From positions 320,001-384,000 of the forward strand of contig JALVYU010000026.1 in NCBI GenBank assembly GCA_027022365.1: 64,000 bases of DNA, given 5' to 3'. The DNA comes from Desulfurococcales archaeon. GTDB lineage: Archaea; Thermoproteota; Thermoprotei_A; Sulfolobales; Desulfurococcaceae. The translations under genes were made by a program, and so were the position numbers. Under the pieces are notes generated by a model. That model was not told the DNA's origin and did no database searches. It was given only the letters and a program-made list of their open reading frames with translations. Each line of letters starts with the position of its first letter. The first letter of the stretch is position 1. Of this stretch, positions 49,501 to 58,061 are shown piece by piece.

Positions 49501-50269
49501 GCAATATATTAAAAAACACGGATTTGAAGGTTTATTCAGGCCTAGCCACTGGGGCGATAAAGGAGCGCATGAGGCAATACGGCCGACTCATCCTCTCGAT
49601 GTCGACGAGCTCATAAAAGCTATTTCGGAGGGATTAATTAATCCGTCAATACCCCTAACTGGTCTACACTACAAGCTCTATGGTATGATCTTCAACAGAT
49701 TCATTGCTAGTCAGATGAAACCCTACAAGGCAAAAGTAGCCAAGATCTCAGTATATGTAGCGGATCTAGAATTGGCCGAACTAGAAGTGATCCTAGAAAT
49801 AGTGGATCATGGATTCGACGTTATCAGAAAAACCACGACGTATCCATCGATACAAGACATAGTAGGCAAGAAGCTTATGCCCGTAAGTATAAAAGTTGTG
49901 GACTCGTCTCTAGAGAAGCTTCATAGCGAGGGCTCGATCATCAAGCTGATGAAGTCAAAGGGGCTTGGAAGACCTAGTACTTATGCGTCAATAATCTCAA
50001 GCATAGTCAGACATGGATACGTAATTAGGTCGAAGAGGAGGGGGTATCTTATACCGACGAAAACAGGTATAGAAGTATACGATTACCTCACCAAGAACTA
50101 TGCAGAACTAGTTTCGGAATCAACTACTAAGAAGATGGAGGAAACAATCGATATGATAGCTTCAGGTAAGGCGAGTGTGGAAACAGCTATATTACTAGTG
50201 CTAGACAAGATAACATCATATAAGCTACCAATAACTGTTAGTTCACAACCCAGTAGCGTAGAAGTATAA
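46547..50269 (+). CDS. rgy: reverse gyrase (true start probably about 46609)
   Basis: CPSCGG..CTRC, APTGMGKT, DDVD, QASGRTSR, VESPTKA, ATDPDIEGE, AGRVQTP, ITYHRTD, GLGRPSTY. Confidence 0.96.
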   Translation: MLLSPFLLIQSTITISFLGMIMQRKTILDPIYSHACPSCGGDAEASSLEKVGICTRCFAGSNKYTLSALSSHHDLLEEIEYFAKFFQEVNNGFKPWGAQRAWAKRLLNKENTVIIAPTGMGKTTLLITYALYASKEYKHKILYLAPTKALAKQIYEKLANSGINSIKIIFYDSSLSKKKREKILEAVKNGQYDILVVTNHFLSRYDDLVRESNPDIIMIDDVDSLMRSAKSIVKLLHLLGYDDEIIELIKKKHAIFWRLVVLRSLNKEEESKELIKKLLEIEIRIDDKLSKVKRKQVIISSATGRMRGGYASILRDLLRTDISGVTIYGRNVTDSYYLFKDEKELNNALISVIKKLGRGCLILISPRHPFKEVFKNVAEHLKKEGLGLKIAEATPYNIKKFIEGKIDIIIGSSSYYGMSVRGIDAPEHIRYIIFLGTPAFTIDLEGFLANITLLSRAALLLSEEKGDGSYRTISANLRNTMFKLSLGERRLLSYLMKGKITVEDISNEKLVKLYSEINSYYKQIISDLKELLKNKRVLNMGSITLFYDKKTGTYKAIIPDVMTYIQASGRTSRLLRGKMTHGLSIIFENITFSNVIKSLEKRLNAYNEELVFKELDQVDLDLEIKEIINSRTQKKEVNMLSYKNILLIVESPTKARTIARFFGKPTRRKIGSVSVFEIPFISDNTVIHMNVIATRGHIYDLTTEPIGAYGIIFNNNKIMPKYETIKRCRICGHQFTYGDKCPRCGSSAFYDSIEIVSVLRKLSSEADEIYIATDPDIEGEKIAYDVYLTVRPFVSEENIWRIELHEITLSELKKAFGKKRRINKKLVEAEIYRRILDRLIGFSLSQKLWIKYGKNWLGAGRVQTPVLGWVIEQYNKWKLNKCKLIILELPNGLKVRFHLGKDDYRRIVDRIKKEGVELRLLEINEKTFNPQPPYTTDMLLEDASRLGIPSRLAMKIAQELFESGLITYHRTDYTYVSSTGISIARQYIKKHGFEGLFRPSHWGDKGAHEAIRPTHPLDVDELIKAISEGLINPSIPLTGLHYKLYGMIFNRFIASQMKPYKAKVAKISVYVADLELAELEVILEIVDHGFDVIRKTTTYPSIQDIVGKKLMPVSIKVVDSSLEKLHSEGSIIKLMKSKGLGRPSTYASIISSIVRHGYVIRSKRRGYLIPTKTGIEVYDYLTKNYAELVSESTTKKMEETIDMIASGKASVETAILLVLDKITSYKLPITVSSQPSSVEV

Positions 50270-50290
50270 CGTTGAGAACTAAGGTATACC

Positions 50291-50596
50291 CTAGTATTTT
50301 CTTCGGACTCTAATGGCTATATACGATCTTCTTCTGCCTCTAAATCTCTCACTACCTATTTCAACGTTTACTAGCTCGATACTATCACCGAGCTTATCTT
50401 TGAGTATTCTGTAAACATCCACAGCTTTGCTAATGAAGTCCCCCCTACCCTTGATTATTATCTCGTCTATACCTTCATTGAAGCTGACAATAGCGTCGAA
50501 AATATAGTCATCAATGTGTTTTTTACCTATATCAATTATCTTTGTCTGAGGCGATAACACTTCGTTGCACCACCACATATTCTTCGTACACGCCAC
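50291..50596 (-). CDS. Alba 2 paralog
   Basis: IDIGKK...IKGRGDFISKAVDV...EIGSE...SYIAI. Confidence 0.85.
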   Translation of the reverse strand: MACTKNMWWCNEVLSPQTKIIDIGKKHIDDYIFDAIVSFNEGIDEIIIKGRGDFISKAVDVYRILKDKLGDSIELVNVEIGSERFRGRRRSYIAIRVRRKY

Positions 50597-50655
50597 TATC
50601 CTAATCGAAAATACATGAAAGGGATTATTTAAGGTCTACTATAACACTGAGAGAA

Positions 50656-50714
50656 TCAGCCGGGATTCGCTATTATTTCATCCCGTTAAGGTCTTTGGAT
50701 AGGGCGTTCATCAT
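50656..50714 (-). ncRNA. box C/D sRNA candidate; box C overlaps the upstream stop codon
   Basis: ATGATGA-17nt-CTTA-AC-GGGATGA-18nt-CTGA. Confidence 0.7.
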
Positions 50715-51352
50715 CCTATACTCATGTATTTTCCAAATGCTTTAATTAAACGTCCGGATATATCCGCTAGATAAGATGCTATAACTGGTGCATCACCACA
50801 TGTTACATACAAGGAGCGGGGGATTAGCAATAGGTCTAGCTTATCTATATTATTTCCGTAATCTGGTATAATCCGGATAACGGATCTTTTTCTCTTATTA
50901 TTGTATAGGCACACAACTAGATCGTTATCCAGCCGCGAAGCCGAGAGAATATTGTTTCCGCTGCGAATTTTCCGTTGAAGCGCTATGGATTCACACACAT
51001 TATGTTTAACCCTCATATATACTTCAGCACATATTGTTTCAAGCCTATTGGATAGTTCAATCAGGATGCTTTTAGTCACGGAAACAAGATGCTCCAGACC
51101 CCTCAATAAAACACATTTACTTGCCCTCAATATGTATGGCTCAATAATATCTGTTCTAAACCCCTGCTTTTCTAATAAATACCTAACATAGGATATTGAA
51201 TATTGTCTTTTGACCTCGATCCTAATACTAAAGCATAACTGGGCGCCCGACCTCTCTATCGCTACCTGCGGCTCAGACGGGGATAACTTCTTCATTTTAT
51301 CAGACCTCGTATCCTCTTCATCGCCTTGTTCTGTATGAAATAAAATATACAT
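50711..51352 (-). CDS. hypothetical protein
   Basis: 213-aa ORF; start probably downstream (MKKLSP). Confidence 0.55.
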   Translation of the reverse strand: MYILFHTEQGDEEDTRSDKMKKLSPSEPQVAIERSGAQLCFSIRIEVKRQYSISYVRYLLEKQGFRTDIIEPYILRASKCVLLRGLEHLVSVTKSILIELSNRLETICAEVYMRVKHNVCESIALQRKIRSGNNILSASRLDNDLVVCLYNNKRKRSVIRIIPDYGNNIDKLDLLLIPRSLYVTCGDAPVIASYLADISGRLIKAFGKYMSIG

Positions 51353-51361
51353 GGAAAAATA

Positions 51362-51416
51362 TCAGTAACACGGACCTTCTTCATCTAACTAGTATCCGGC
51401 AGTGGCTTATCATCAT
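51362..51416 (-). ncRNA. box C/D sRNA candidate (D guide antisense to 23S AACACGG(A/G)CC)
   Basis: ATGATGA-TAAGCCACTGCCGGATA-CTAG-TTAGATGA-AGAAGGTCCGTGTTA-CTGA. Confidence 0.78.
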
Positions 51417-51535
51417 CCAATACAAGCTGATAATTATAGAGCTACTTTATTCTATCGTTCGGCAAGCATTGATATTTATAAGCAGGATACAATTATTGGA
51501 TAACGTAGCCGAAAATACAAGACACGTGATCAGCT

Positions 51536-52267
51536 ATGATGTCGCAACCATCCCAAAAAACCAGTTTATTGATAGGTCAGATCAGCATACTTATAATCTC
51601 ACTGGTTACTGCCTTCATGCCTCAGTATTCGATGTACATTTTCCTAGGTTATTTCATTATAATAATGATAGTAATGTTTAGAAGCTCGAGAAAAATGAGC
51701 AAAATACCTCCAAAAAACGAGCTTGGCGCACCTCTTTTTAAAGAGAATGGCGCTATCAAGATCGCTATGAATGACGAGCTATTAACACAGGAGCTCAAGA
51801 AACAAGCAATGGGGTCTATGAGTTTATTAATGCTTACATTTATGGTATTCATACTGTTTCCGCTCTATAGGCAATACGCGTTTATACCGATACACGACGC
51901 TTTATCTTCGGCTATCGGAAACACTATTGTTGTAAACTTTCTTGATTACTATATAATGTACCAGGTTATATTCGGTATTCTAACATTATCGCGGTTTTTA
52001 ATGCAGAATAAACTGGGGCAGATGAACTTAATGATTCCACAGAAATTCCATTTATACCGTATCGGAATCGTTGCCAATGACAGAATGTTCATACCGCTAA
52101 CAAGCGATTTATGCTTCATCTTTGATCGTAAGAGACACTTCGTAGAGCTTCACAGCATTAAAAACAAGGGCTTTAGAATAAGACTTTACACAGACGCTAT
52201 TAGCGAGTTAGTAGAAAAACTGAAAAGCCTAAAGGTGTCCCAATGTGTCGAGGAAGCAAAGATATAA
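51536..52267 (+). CDS. conserved crenarchaeal membrane protein (DUF2208-like)
   Basis: Several TM helices followed by a soluble C-terminal domain. Confidence 0.6.
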   Translation: MMSQPSQKTSLLIGQISILIISLVTAFMPQYSMYIFLGYFIIIMIVMFRSSRKMSKIPPKNELGAPLFKENGAIKIAMNDELLTQELKKQAMGSMSLLMLTFMVFILFPLYRQYAFIPIHDALSSAIGNTIVVNFLDYYIMYQVIFGILTLSRFLMQNKLGQMNLMIPQKFHLYRIGIVANDRMFIPLTSDLCFIFDRKRHFVELHSIKNKGFRIRLYTDAISELVEKLKSLKVSQCVEEAKI

Positions 52268-52490
52268 ATGTATAATGTGTGGCCGAATATTCCCCGAGGG
52301 CCAAGGCATAGTAATTACATATGGAAAAACAATACTGTCGTTCCATAGCAATAGATGCGCCTCGAAATTCTTTAGACTGCTCCTGGAACGTGTACCTCCA
52401 GAAGAACTTGAAAAATACATTAAGAGGCTTATCGAGGAACAAGAAGATAGGCTTAGATCGCTTGAGGAGATTAAAAAGAAGAAAATATAA
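52245..52490 (+). CDS. L24e/TRASH-like Zn-binding small protein
   Basis: KCIMCGRIFPEGQGI...FHSNRC. Confidence 0.7.
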   Translation: MSRKQRYKCIMCGRIFPEGQGIVITYGKTILSFHSNRCASKFFRLLLERVPPEELEKYIKRLIEEQEDRLRSLEEIKKKKI

Positions 52491-52555
52491 TAGGTCTGCT
52501 CGCGGTAATGTCATCATCCCTTACGGTCCATGGGGGGCAAGTGTCTTCATCCCTA
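52491..52555 (-). ncRNA. box C/D sRNA candidate, both guides antisense to 16S helix 18
   Basis: GGGATGA-AGACACTTGCCCCCCATGGA-CCGT...ATGATGA-CATTACCGCGAG-CAGA; terminal TAGG/CCTA. Confidence 0.78.
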
Positions 52556-52583
52556 GGGCCAAGATTATTTGGCTAAAGCATTA

Positions 52584-52820
52584 TCAACTATTGTTTTGAT
52601 TCCCCTTTGAAAATCTTCTCCTTATTTCATCCACCACTTCTCTACTTAGACCAATTTTTCTCGCCATTTCTAAAGCCTTTTCAAGAGCTTCATCATCACT
52701 GATCGCATTGACATTGAATAATATATTTGTCTCCTTCAAACGAACTCTATACCTAGGCTGCCCCAGGAAAACATATCTTTCCAGTATTTCTAGATCCTTC
52801 TTGTCAATCAAACCTGACAC
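52584..52820 (-). CDS. hypothetical protein
   Basis: 78-aa ORF. Confidence 0.65.
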   Translation of the reverse strand: MSGLIDKKDLEILERYVFLGQPRYRVRLKETNILFNVNAISDDEALEKALEMARKIGLSREVVDEIRRRFSKGNQNNS

Positions 52821-52845
52821 CCCAAAATCTTAATCGATAAAATCT

Positions 52846-52901
52846 TCGGTTAAACCCTGCCCTCATCATCAAACATCAGTGATCGAGGGCTTCCACATCT
52901 G
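52846..52901 (-). ncRNA. box C/D sRNA candidate embedded in the 3' end of the HIT gene
   Basis: Degenerate C box (CAGATGT)-GGAAGCCCTCGATCA-CTGA...ATGATGA-GGGCAGGGTTTAA-CCGA. Confidence 0.55.
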
Positions 52902-53401
52902 TTTTCAATATCTTTCCACTTAGATTTTAATATGTGATATCCCTCGTTTAGGGCCATAGGTAGAGTTTTTGTAGAACCTATAATAGCGATGAAATTAGCG
53001 TCGCCAACCCATCTGGGTACTACATGGAAGTGAATATGCCCTGGAACACCAGCACCAGCTGCTCTTCCTATATTGACTCCTATATTGAACCCATCAGGGT
53101 TAAATGCCTTCTTAAGAACTTCGACAGAGCGTCTAATGAGCGTACACATTTCAAGATATTCTTCCTCTGTTAGATCAGATAGTTCTCCGACATGCCTATA
53201 TGGTACTATGAGTAGGTGCCCCGTATTATATGGGTAAGCATTCATAACAACATATGATTTCCTCCCCCGATATATGATCAATGACTGGTCATCACTGTAT
53301 TTAGGTAGTTCGCAGAAGACGCATTTCTTCTCGGAATCTATTTTTCGTATGTACTCGTATCTCCAGGGGTTCCAAAGTAGTTTAAACAATTTATCACCCA
53401 T
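52850..53401 (-). CDS. HIT-family hydrolase
   Basis: LWNPWR..YI, CVFC, NAYPYNTGH, HIHFHVVPRW. Confidence 0.92.
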   Translation of the reverse strand: MGDKLFKLLWNPWRYEYIRKIDSEKKCVFCELPKYSDDQSLIIYRGRKSYVVMNAYPYNTGHLLIVPYRHVGELSDLTEEEYLEMCTLIRRSVEVLKKAFNPDGFNIGVNIGRAAGAGVPGHIHFHVVPRWVGDANFIAIIGSTKTLPMALNEGYHILKSKWKDIENRCGSPRSLMFDDEGRV

Positions 53402-53459
53402 TACTCACTTAATTATGCTCTCGATATTGCTTTCCTTTTATTGAGAAATATACGCCAGC

Positions 53460-53561
53460 TACTTATAGAAGTTATGGAAATATATAACATAATTCATACC
53501 TATTTACGGATACAACGTTTTTATACATGGCGAACTTAGTAAACTACTTACTTATAGAAGT
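53460..53561. repeat. 13-bp direct repeat TACTTATAGAAGT (53460-53472, 53549-53561), quasi-palindromic
   Basis: Two exact copies in the HIT/ABC divergent intergenic region. Confidence 0.6.
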
Positions 53562-53619
53562 GAAAACAAGGGTGAAAACATTTGTGGAAGAGTCACGAAA
53601 CATGTAAATTATGTAAACA

Positions 53620-55341
53620 ATGACTAATCGAGGTACACTAATTATGGCCGAAACTACTGATCTTCTGAAAGAATCATTTAATATCATGAAGATACTGTCA
53701 ATTGATTCCTTGCTTTCTGTAGTAATATTTCTCTTTGCATCTATCCTGACATATGTTAATGCAAATTTAATGAAATCATTTATCGACTCGTTAATTGGCC
53801 CAAGTAATTTTAACGCGGTTCTTTATAAAGGATTTGGATTATTAGCAGTTGTCTTGATAAGTTATGTTTTAAGTTTTATAGGCGAATACATATTAAGACG
53901 GATTGGTGTCAAAGCTTTTATGGTGTTTTCAAATAAAATGCTAAGCACACTATATAGTGCTAAATACATTCATCTAAAAAGCGGGGATATTTTGACGAGA
54001 TTTATATCAGATCTTTATGAACTTTCAAGCAATCTTGCCGGTGTTATTCCTGCATTACTTATTCAATTATCAAGACTGGGAGTTATGATATATACGTTAT
54101 ATGTTCTCTCTCCAAGGCTTCTCTTATTAGCGATAGGTCTTACTTTTCCAAGCTATATAATCTATAAGATTTCCGTGAAAAGAATAGTTAGGTATTCGAG
54201 CCTAGAGAGATCATATTTATCGAAACTTGTTAATACGTTGAAGAATGTTATTGATAATCTTTTGTTCATTAAGAGATTCAATATTTATGAGTACTTTAGA
54301 GAGAAATTTTCACGCTCATTAAGCGAATGGTCTAGATATCTTATGAGATACATGCTATATACAATCTTCTTTAATAAGTCCTATTTTTACCTAAATTCGA
54401 TCATTAGAATAATTGTCTTAATAATTGGCGGATGGTTAGTATTGAATGGGTACTTCACAGTCGGCACACTTATCGCCTTTACATCAGTACTACCCGAGTT
54501 CTACGAGCCAATCATAAATCTAGCAAATATGCTTACCGGTTTATCTGGTTTGATACCGTATTTGGACAGGTATTATGAGATACTTAACCTGGACAAGGAA
54601 GACCTGTATAAGGGGATCAAACTACAGAAAGTGAATAGAATAGAATTTTCCAGTGTTAGCCTTAGTATTGGGGATAAGAAAATACTCGATAACATATCAT
54701 TTGTTCTGAGTAAGAGAGAATGGATAGGTATAGTCGGTCCAATAGGTTCGGGAAAAACAAGCTTAGCATTAACACTAATAAGATTATATGAGCCGACTAG
54801 TGGAGTCGTCAGAATAAATGGTTTAGATTATAAAGAGTATTCATTGTTCTCCCTTAGAGAAAAAATATTATATATTTCCTCAAAAGAGCCCATCATACAT
54901 GGCTCCCTGAGGGAGAATATATCGTTAGACAAAGAATATGGTAGCGATAAATTAAGGCGCATAATCAATATTGTTGGAATAGATTTTGCGGATCTAGAAG
55001 ACATAATAGATCCAGAAAAATTATCTGAAGGACAAAAACAGAAAATAGCACTAGCCAGAGCATTAATTCGTGATCCCGACGTACTAATACTAGATGAAGC
55101 TACAAATAGCCTCGATCCACAGAATGAATCCCTTATTTTACAGAATATTAGGAAATACCTAGAAGACTCAATAATTATAATTATCTCTCATAGGTTCTCG
55201 TCTCTAAAGAATGTGGATACAATATACGTGCTCCATAACGGGAGATTTATTGCTCGTGGAAAACACGAAGAATTACTGAAAAAATGTCAGCTCTACTCAG
55301 AGCTAATGAAAGAGTATTCGATGTTCCATGTAATGAGTTAA
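53620..55341 (+). CDS. ABC exporter, fused TMD+NBD (MdlB-like)
   Basis: About six TM helices, GPIGSGKT, LSEGQKQK, LILDEAT, IISH. Confidence 0.9.
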   Translation: MTNRGTLIMAETTDLLKESFNIMKILSIDSLLSVVIFLFASILTYVNANLMKSFIDSLIGPSNFNAVLYKGFGLLAVVLISYVLSFIGEYILRRIGVKAFMVFSNKMLSTLYSAKYIHLKSGDILTRFISDLYELSSNLAGVIPALLIQLSRLGVMIYTLYVLSPRLLLLAIGLTFPSYIIYKISVKRIVRYSSLERSYLSKLVNTLKNVIDNLLFIKRFNIYEYFREKFSRSLSEWSRYLMRYMLYTIFFNKSYFYLNSIIRIIVLIIGGWLVLNGYFTVGTLIAFTSVLPEFYEPIINLANMLTGLSGLIPYLDRYYEILNLDKEDLYKGIKLQKVNRIEFSSVSLSIGDKKILDNISFVLSKREWIGIVGPIGSGKTSLALTLIRLYEPTSGVVRINGLDYKEYSLFSLREKILYISSKEPIIHGSLRENISLDKEYGSDKLRRIINIVGIDFADLEDIIDPEKLSEGQKQKIALARALIRDPDVLILDEATNSLDPQNESLILQNIRKYLEDSIIIIISHRFSSLKNVDTIYVLHNGRFIARGKHEELLKKCQLYSELMKEYSMFHVMS

Positions 55342-55631
55342 ATCATAAACATGATTGAGTAGTAAAGAATCAATCCTTTAAAATCTATCTTGGGCGACAA
55401 AATTAAAAAGAACATACTGCGTTCCTCAAAAATATCTGTTATAAGATGTGCTTGGCGTCCTCCATGCATGTAATGAAATATGCTTAGGTAAAGCGTTGAA
55501 ACTATTAATGATTGATATTATGTATGATGTAAAAGATATTAATGAGAGTCTATCTGCTTTATCATCCTGGACTTTAGTCTCAAAAAAACGTAGCTTAGTT
55601 AATGGTGTCACATTTATGTGGGTGAATCCGG

Positions 55632-56432
55632 ATGTTTAATGAATACTTGGTTATGGCTAAGATATTTACCGCCTTATTGTTTCTGATCTGGTTCGGTATA
55701 CTCGATTATAGAACTAGAGATATACCCGACAAGTATATCTGGGTATGGGGCGGCATAAGCATATTTTTCTTTGTAGCGTCCATGATCTTATATAGGAATA
55801 TCCTTAGTTGGTTTATCATCTATACATTGTTATCTTTAATGATAGGGCCGGGGTTATTCGGTCTTCTTTCATATTTTGAGCTTATGGGCTGGGCCGATTT
55901 CTTCGCTGTACTTTGGATTACGCTAATGTTTCCCGTACCAGACATATATTTAGTAAATCTCGTGAATGTGCCATCGTTTTTCCGTTTCCCCCCGATAATA
56001 CCTATTATATTATATTCAAGCCTATCAATCGCATTGATCGCGCTAATTAGGGGATTATACTCGCTTGTAAGATATAGGAAAATGGTACCTCCAAACGCAT
56101 CGTTCCGGGATAAGGTAGCTCTACTCTTTACTGGGAGAGTTGTATCAGTGAAAAAATATCTTGAAATGAAGCACTATTACCCATTAACTATACCCAGGGT
56201 TGAGGATGGAAAAATAGTCTTCAGTATTCGGCGGAGCTTCGATATTTATGAAGAGTACGAGGATTATCAAAGAGAGCTGAAGGAACTCCTAGACAACGGC
56301 CTAATCAAACCTGAGGATAAGATATGGGTTACATATGGTATTCCATTTATCATACCGCTACTACTAGGCTTTGTAATTACAATACTAGTTGGCGACACCC
56401 CGCTTCTTTACTTATTAATGATTATTCGATGA
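55632..56432 (+). CDS. prepilin/preflagellin peptidase (A24, PibD/FlaK-like)
   Basis: LDYRTRDIPD, MGWAD, IWVTYGIPFIIPL. Confidence 0.85.
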   Translation: MFNEYLVMAKIFTALLFLIWFGILDYRTRDIPDKYIWVWGGISIFFFVASMILYRNILSWFIIYTLLSLMIGPGLFGLLSYFELMGWADFFAVLWITLMFPVPDIYLVNLVNVPSFFRFPPIIPIILYSSLSIALIALIRGLYSLVRYRKMVPPNASFRDKVALLFTGRVVSVKKYLEMKHYYPLTIPRVEDGKIVFSIRRSFDIYEEYEDYQRELKELLDNGLIKPEDKIWVTYGIPFIIPLLLGFVITILVGDTPLLYLLMIIR

Positions 56433-56481
56433 TTACTAAAACATTATAGTATTGAGTTAGAGCTAATCAACGATATTGTCT

Positions 56482-57435
56482 TTACTCTTCGGGATCACGT
56501 ATTCCTTCATCAACAATAACAAACACTGCTTCGCCCTCAGGCAAATGCGGAGCATCAACTATTTTGGCAATTCTTCTATTACCCTTAGCCTTCCTTAGCT
56601 GTACTCTTACACCAGGCGTGTGTGCTAGGACGTGGCCTCCTACAGCTTGTGTTGGATCACCATAGAATACATCGGGCCTAGCCATGACCTGATTCGTAAC
56701 TACCACTGCAATATTATATGCTTCCGCCAGTCTTACCAATTGGTGCAGGTGCTTGTTGAGCTTCTGCTGCCTGACTGCAAGGTTCTCTCTGCCTGGATAC
56801 TCGGCTCTGAAGTGGCTTGTCACGGAATCAATTATAACCAGCTTTACATTTTCTTTAGGCACTAGAGTGAATAGCTCGTCAACTATCGCCATCTGGTGAT
56901 CACTATTATATGCTCTCTGATATAGTATGTTCTCCATTACCTCATCCGGATCTAGACCTAGACCCCTAGCCATCGCCTCAATACGCTCCCAACGGAATGT
57001 ACCTTCCGTGTCAATGTATACTGCTTTACCCTTGAGACCGCCACGCTCTGGTGGAAGCTGTACGTTTACACTAAGCTGATGACATATTTGTGTCTTACCT
57101 GTCCCGTATTCTCCAAAGAATTCTGTGATCGTTTTAGTCTCAATACCTCCGCCTAGTAGATCGTCTAAGTTCTTGCTTCCCGTGGTTATCTTCCGGACGC
57201 TCAGCCTTTCCATTTTTACTTCCTTGGCTGTCTTAAACCTAATGCCCAAGGCTTTTCTGGCAGCAGCAATTATTTTCTCGGCTGTTGTTACAGGTATTCC
57301 TGCTCTAGCACTAATCTCTTCGGCTCGCGACACTGCTATAGCCCATAGAGTGACGTATCCTGCTTCTTCAAGTTTCTTAGCTATTGTTGCGCCTACTCCA
57401 GGCAGGTCTTTTATCGTCTTAATCTGTTCACTCAT
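56482..57435 (-). CDS. radA: DNA recombinase RadA
   Basis: [36 protein letters not shown]; no intein. Confidence 0.97.
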   Translation of the reverse strand: MSEQIKTIKDLPGVGATIAKKLEEAGYVTLWAIAVSRAEEISARAGIPVTTAEKIIAAARKALGIRFKTAKEVKMERLSVRKITTGSKNLDDLLGGGIETKTITEFFGEYGTGKTQICHQLSVNVQLPPERGGLKGKAVYIDTEGTFRWERIEAMARGLGLDPDEVMENILYQRAYNSDHQMAIVDELFTLVPKENVKLVIIDSVTSHFRAEYPGRENLAVRQQKLNKHLHQLVRLAEAYNIAVVVTNQVMARPDVFYGDPTQAVGGHVLAHTPGVRVQLRKAKGNRRIAKIVDAPHLPEGEAVFVIVDEGIRDPEE

Positions 57436-57597
57436 CTTAACACCAACCCAATACTAACATTTTTAAAAAGACCTTTATAAGTCATCATAATACTTTCGCC
57501 CTACTATTTACGACACAACGCTAATAAAATCATTCACCTAAATAGACAATACAATAAAATATCTGTCTATACCCCTATCAAAACCAGGTGTAAAATA

Positions 57598-58032
57598 TTG
57601 ATAACTGTTTCCGTTCAACTAACAAGCATTAATGCTGAACGCCTAGCCGAGGCACTACCACAAAAAATACAATTTAACATCAACCTAGCCCTACCCTCAA
57701 ACCCTCCATATCATCAAGACTCAAAGTTCATCATACCATTCACGTTCACACTCTCATCAATGCCTCCAGTAGTACAGATCATTCTCAAAGGAAACGCTAT
57801 CGTCATCAGTGATAATAAGGAAGAACTAGAAAACCTTGAAAAAGATCTTAAAAAGAAGAATGTTCCACCAATGATAGTTCAGGCCGTATTCACTGCAATG
57901 ATAACGGAATCCATAATTATTAGCCGCTCGCTAGGAACACCTCCACCTATCCCGGGATTACCTCCCATTCCCGGACAACAAGGCAGAGATAGTAAGAAAA
58001 GTCAAGATTTTAGCCCAGGAACCGTGATATAA
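57598..58032 (+). CDS. conserved hypothetical protein, divergent from radA
   Basis: 144-aa ORF with AGGTG SD and a Pro-rich tail. Confidence 0.7.
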   Translation: MITVSVQLTSINAERLAEALPQKIQFNINLALPSNPPYHQDSKFIIPFTFTLSSMPPVVQIILKGNAIVISDNKEELENLEKDLKKKNVPPMIVQAVFTAMITESIIISRSLGTPPPIPGLPPIPGQQGRDSKKSQDFSPGTVI

Positions 58033-58061
58033 TAAGCCCACGTGTATGGGGGTAGAAAGCA

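Noticed and set aside
55426-55639. Two overlapping ORFs of about 60 aa between the ABC exporter and the peptidase
   Set aside because: No motifs or SD; probably non-coding or decayed sequence.
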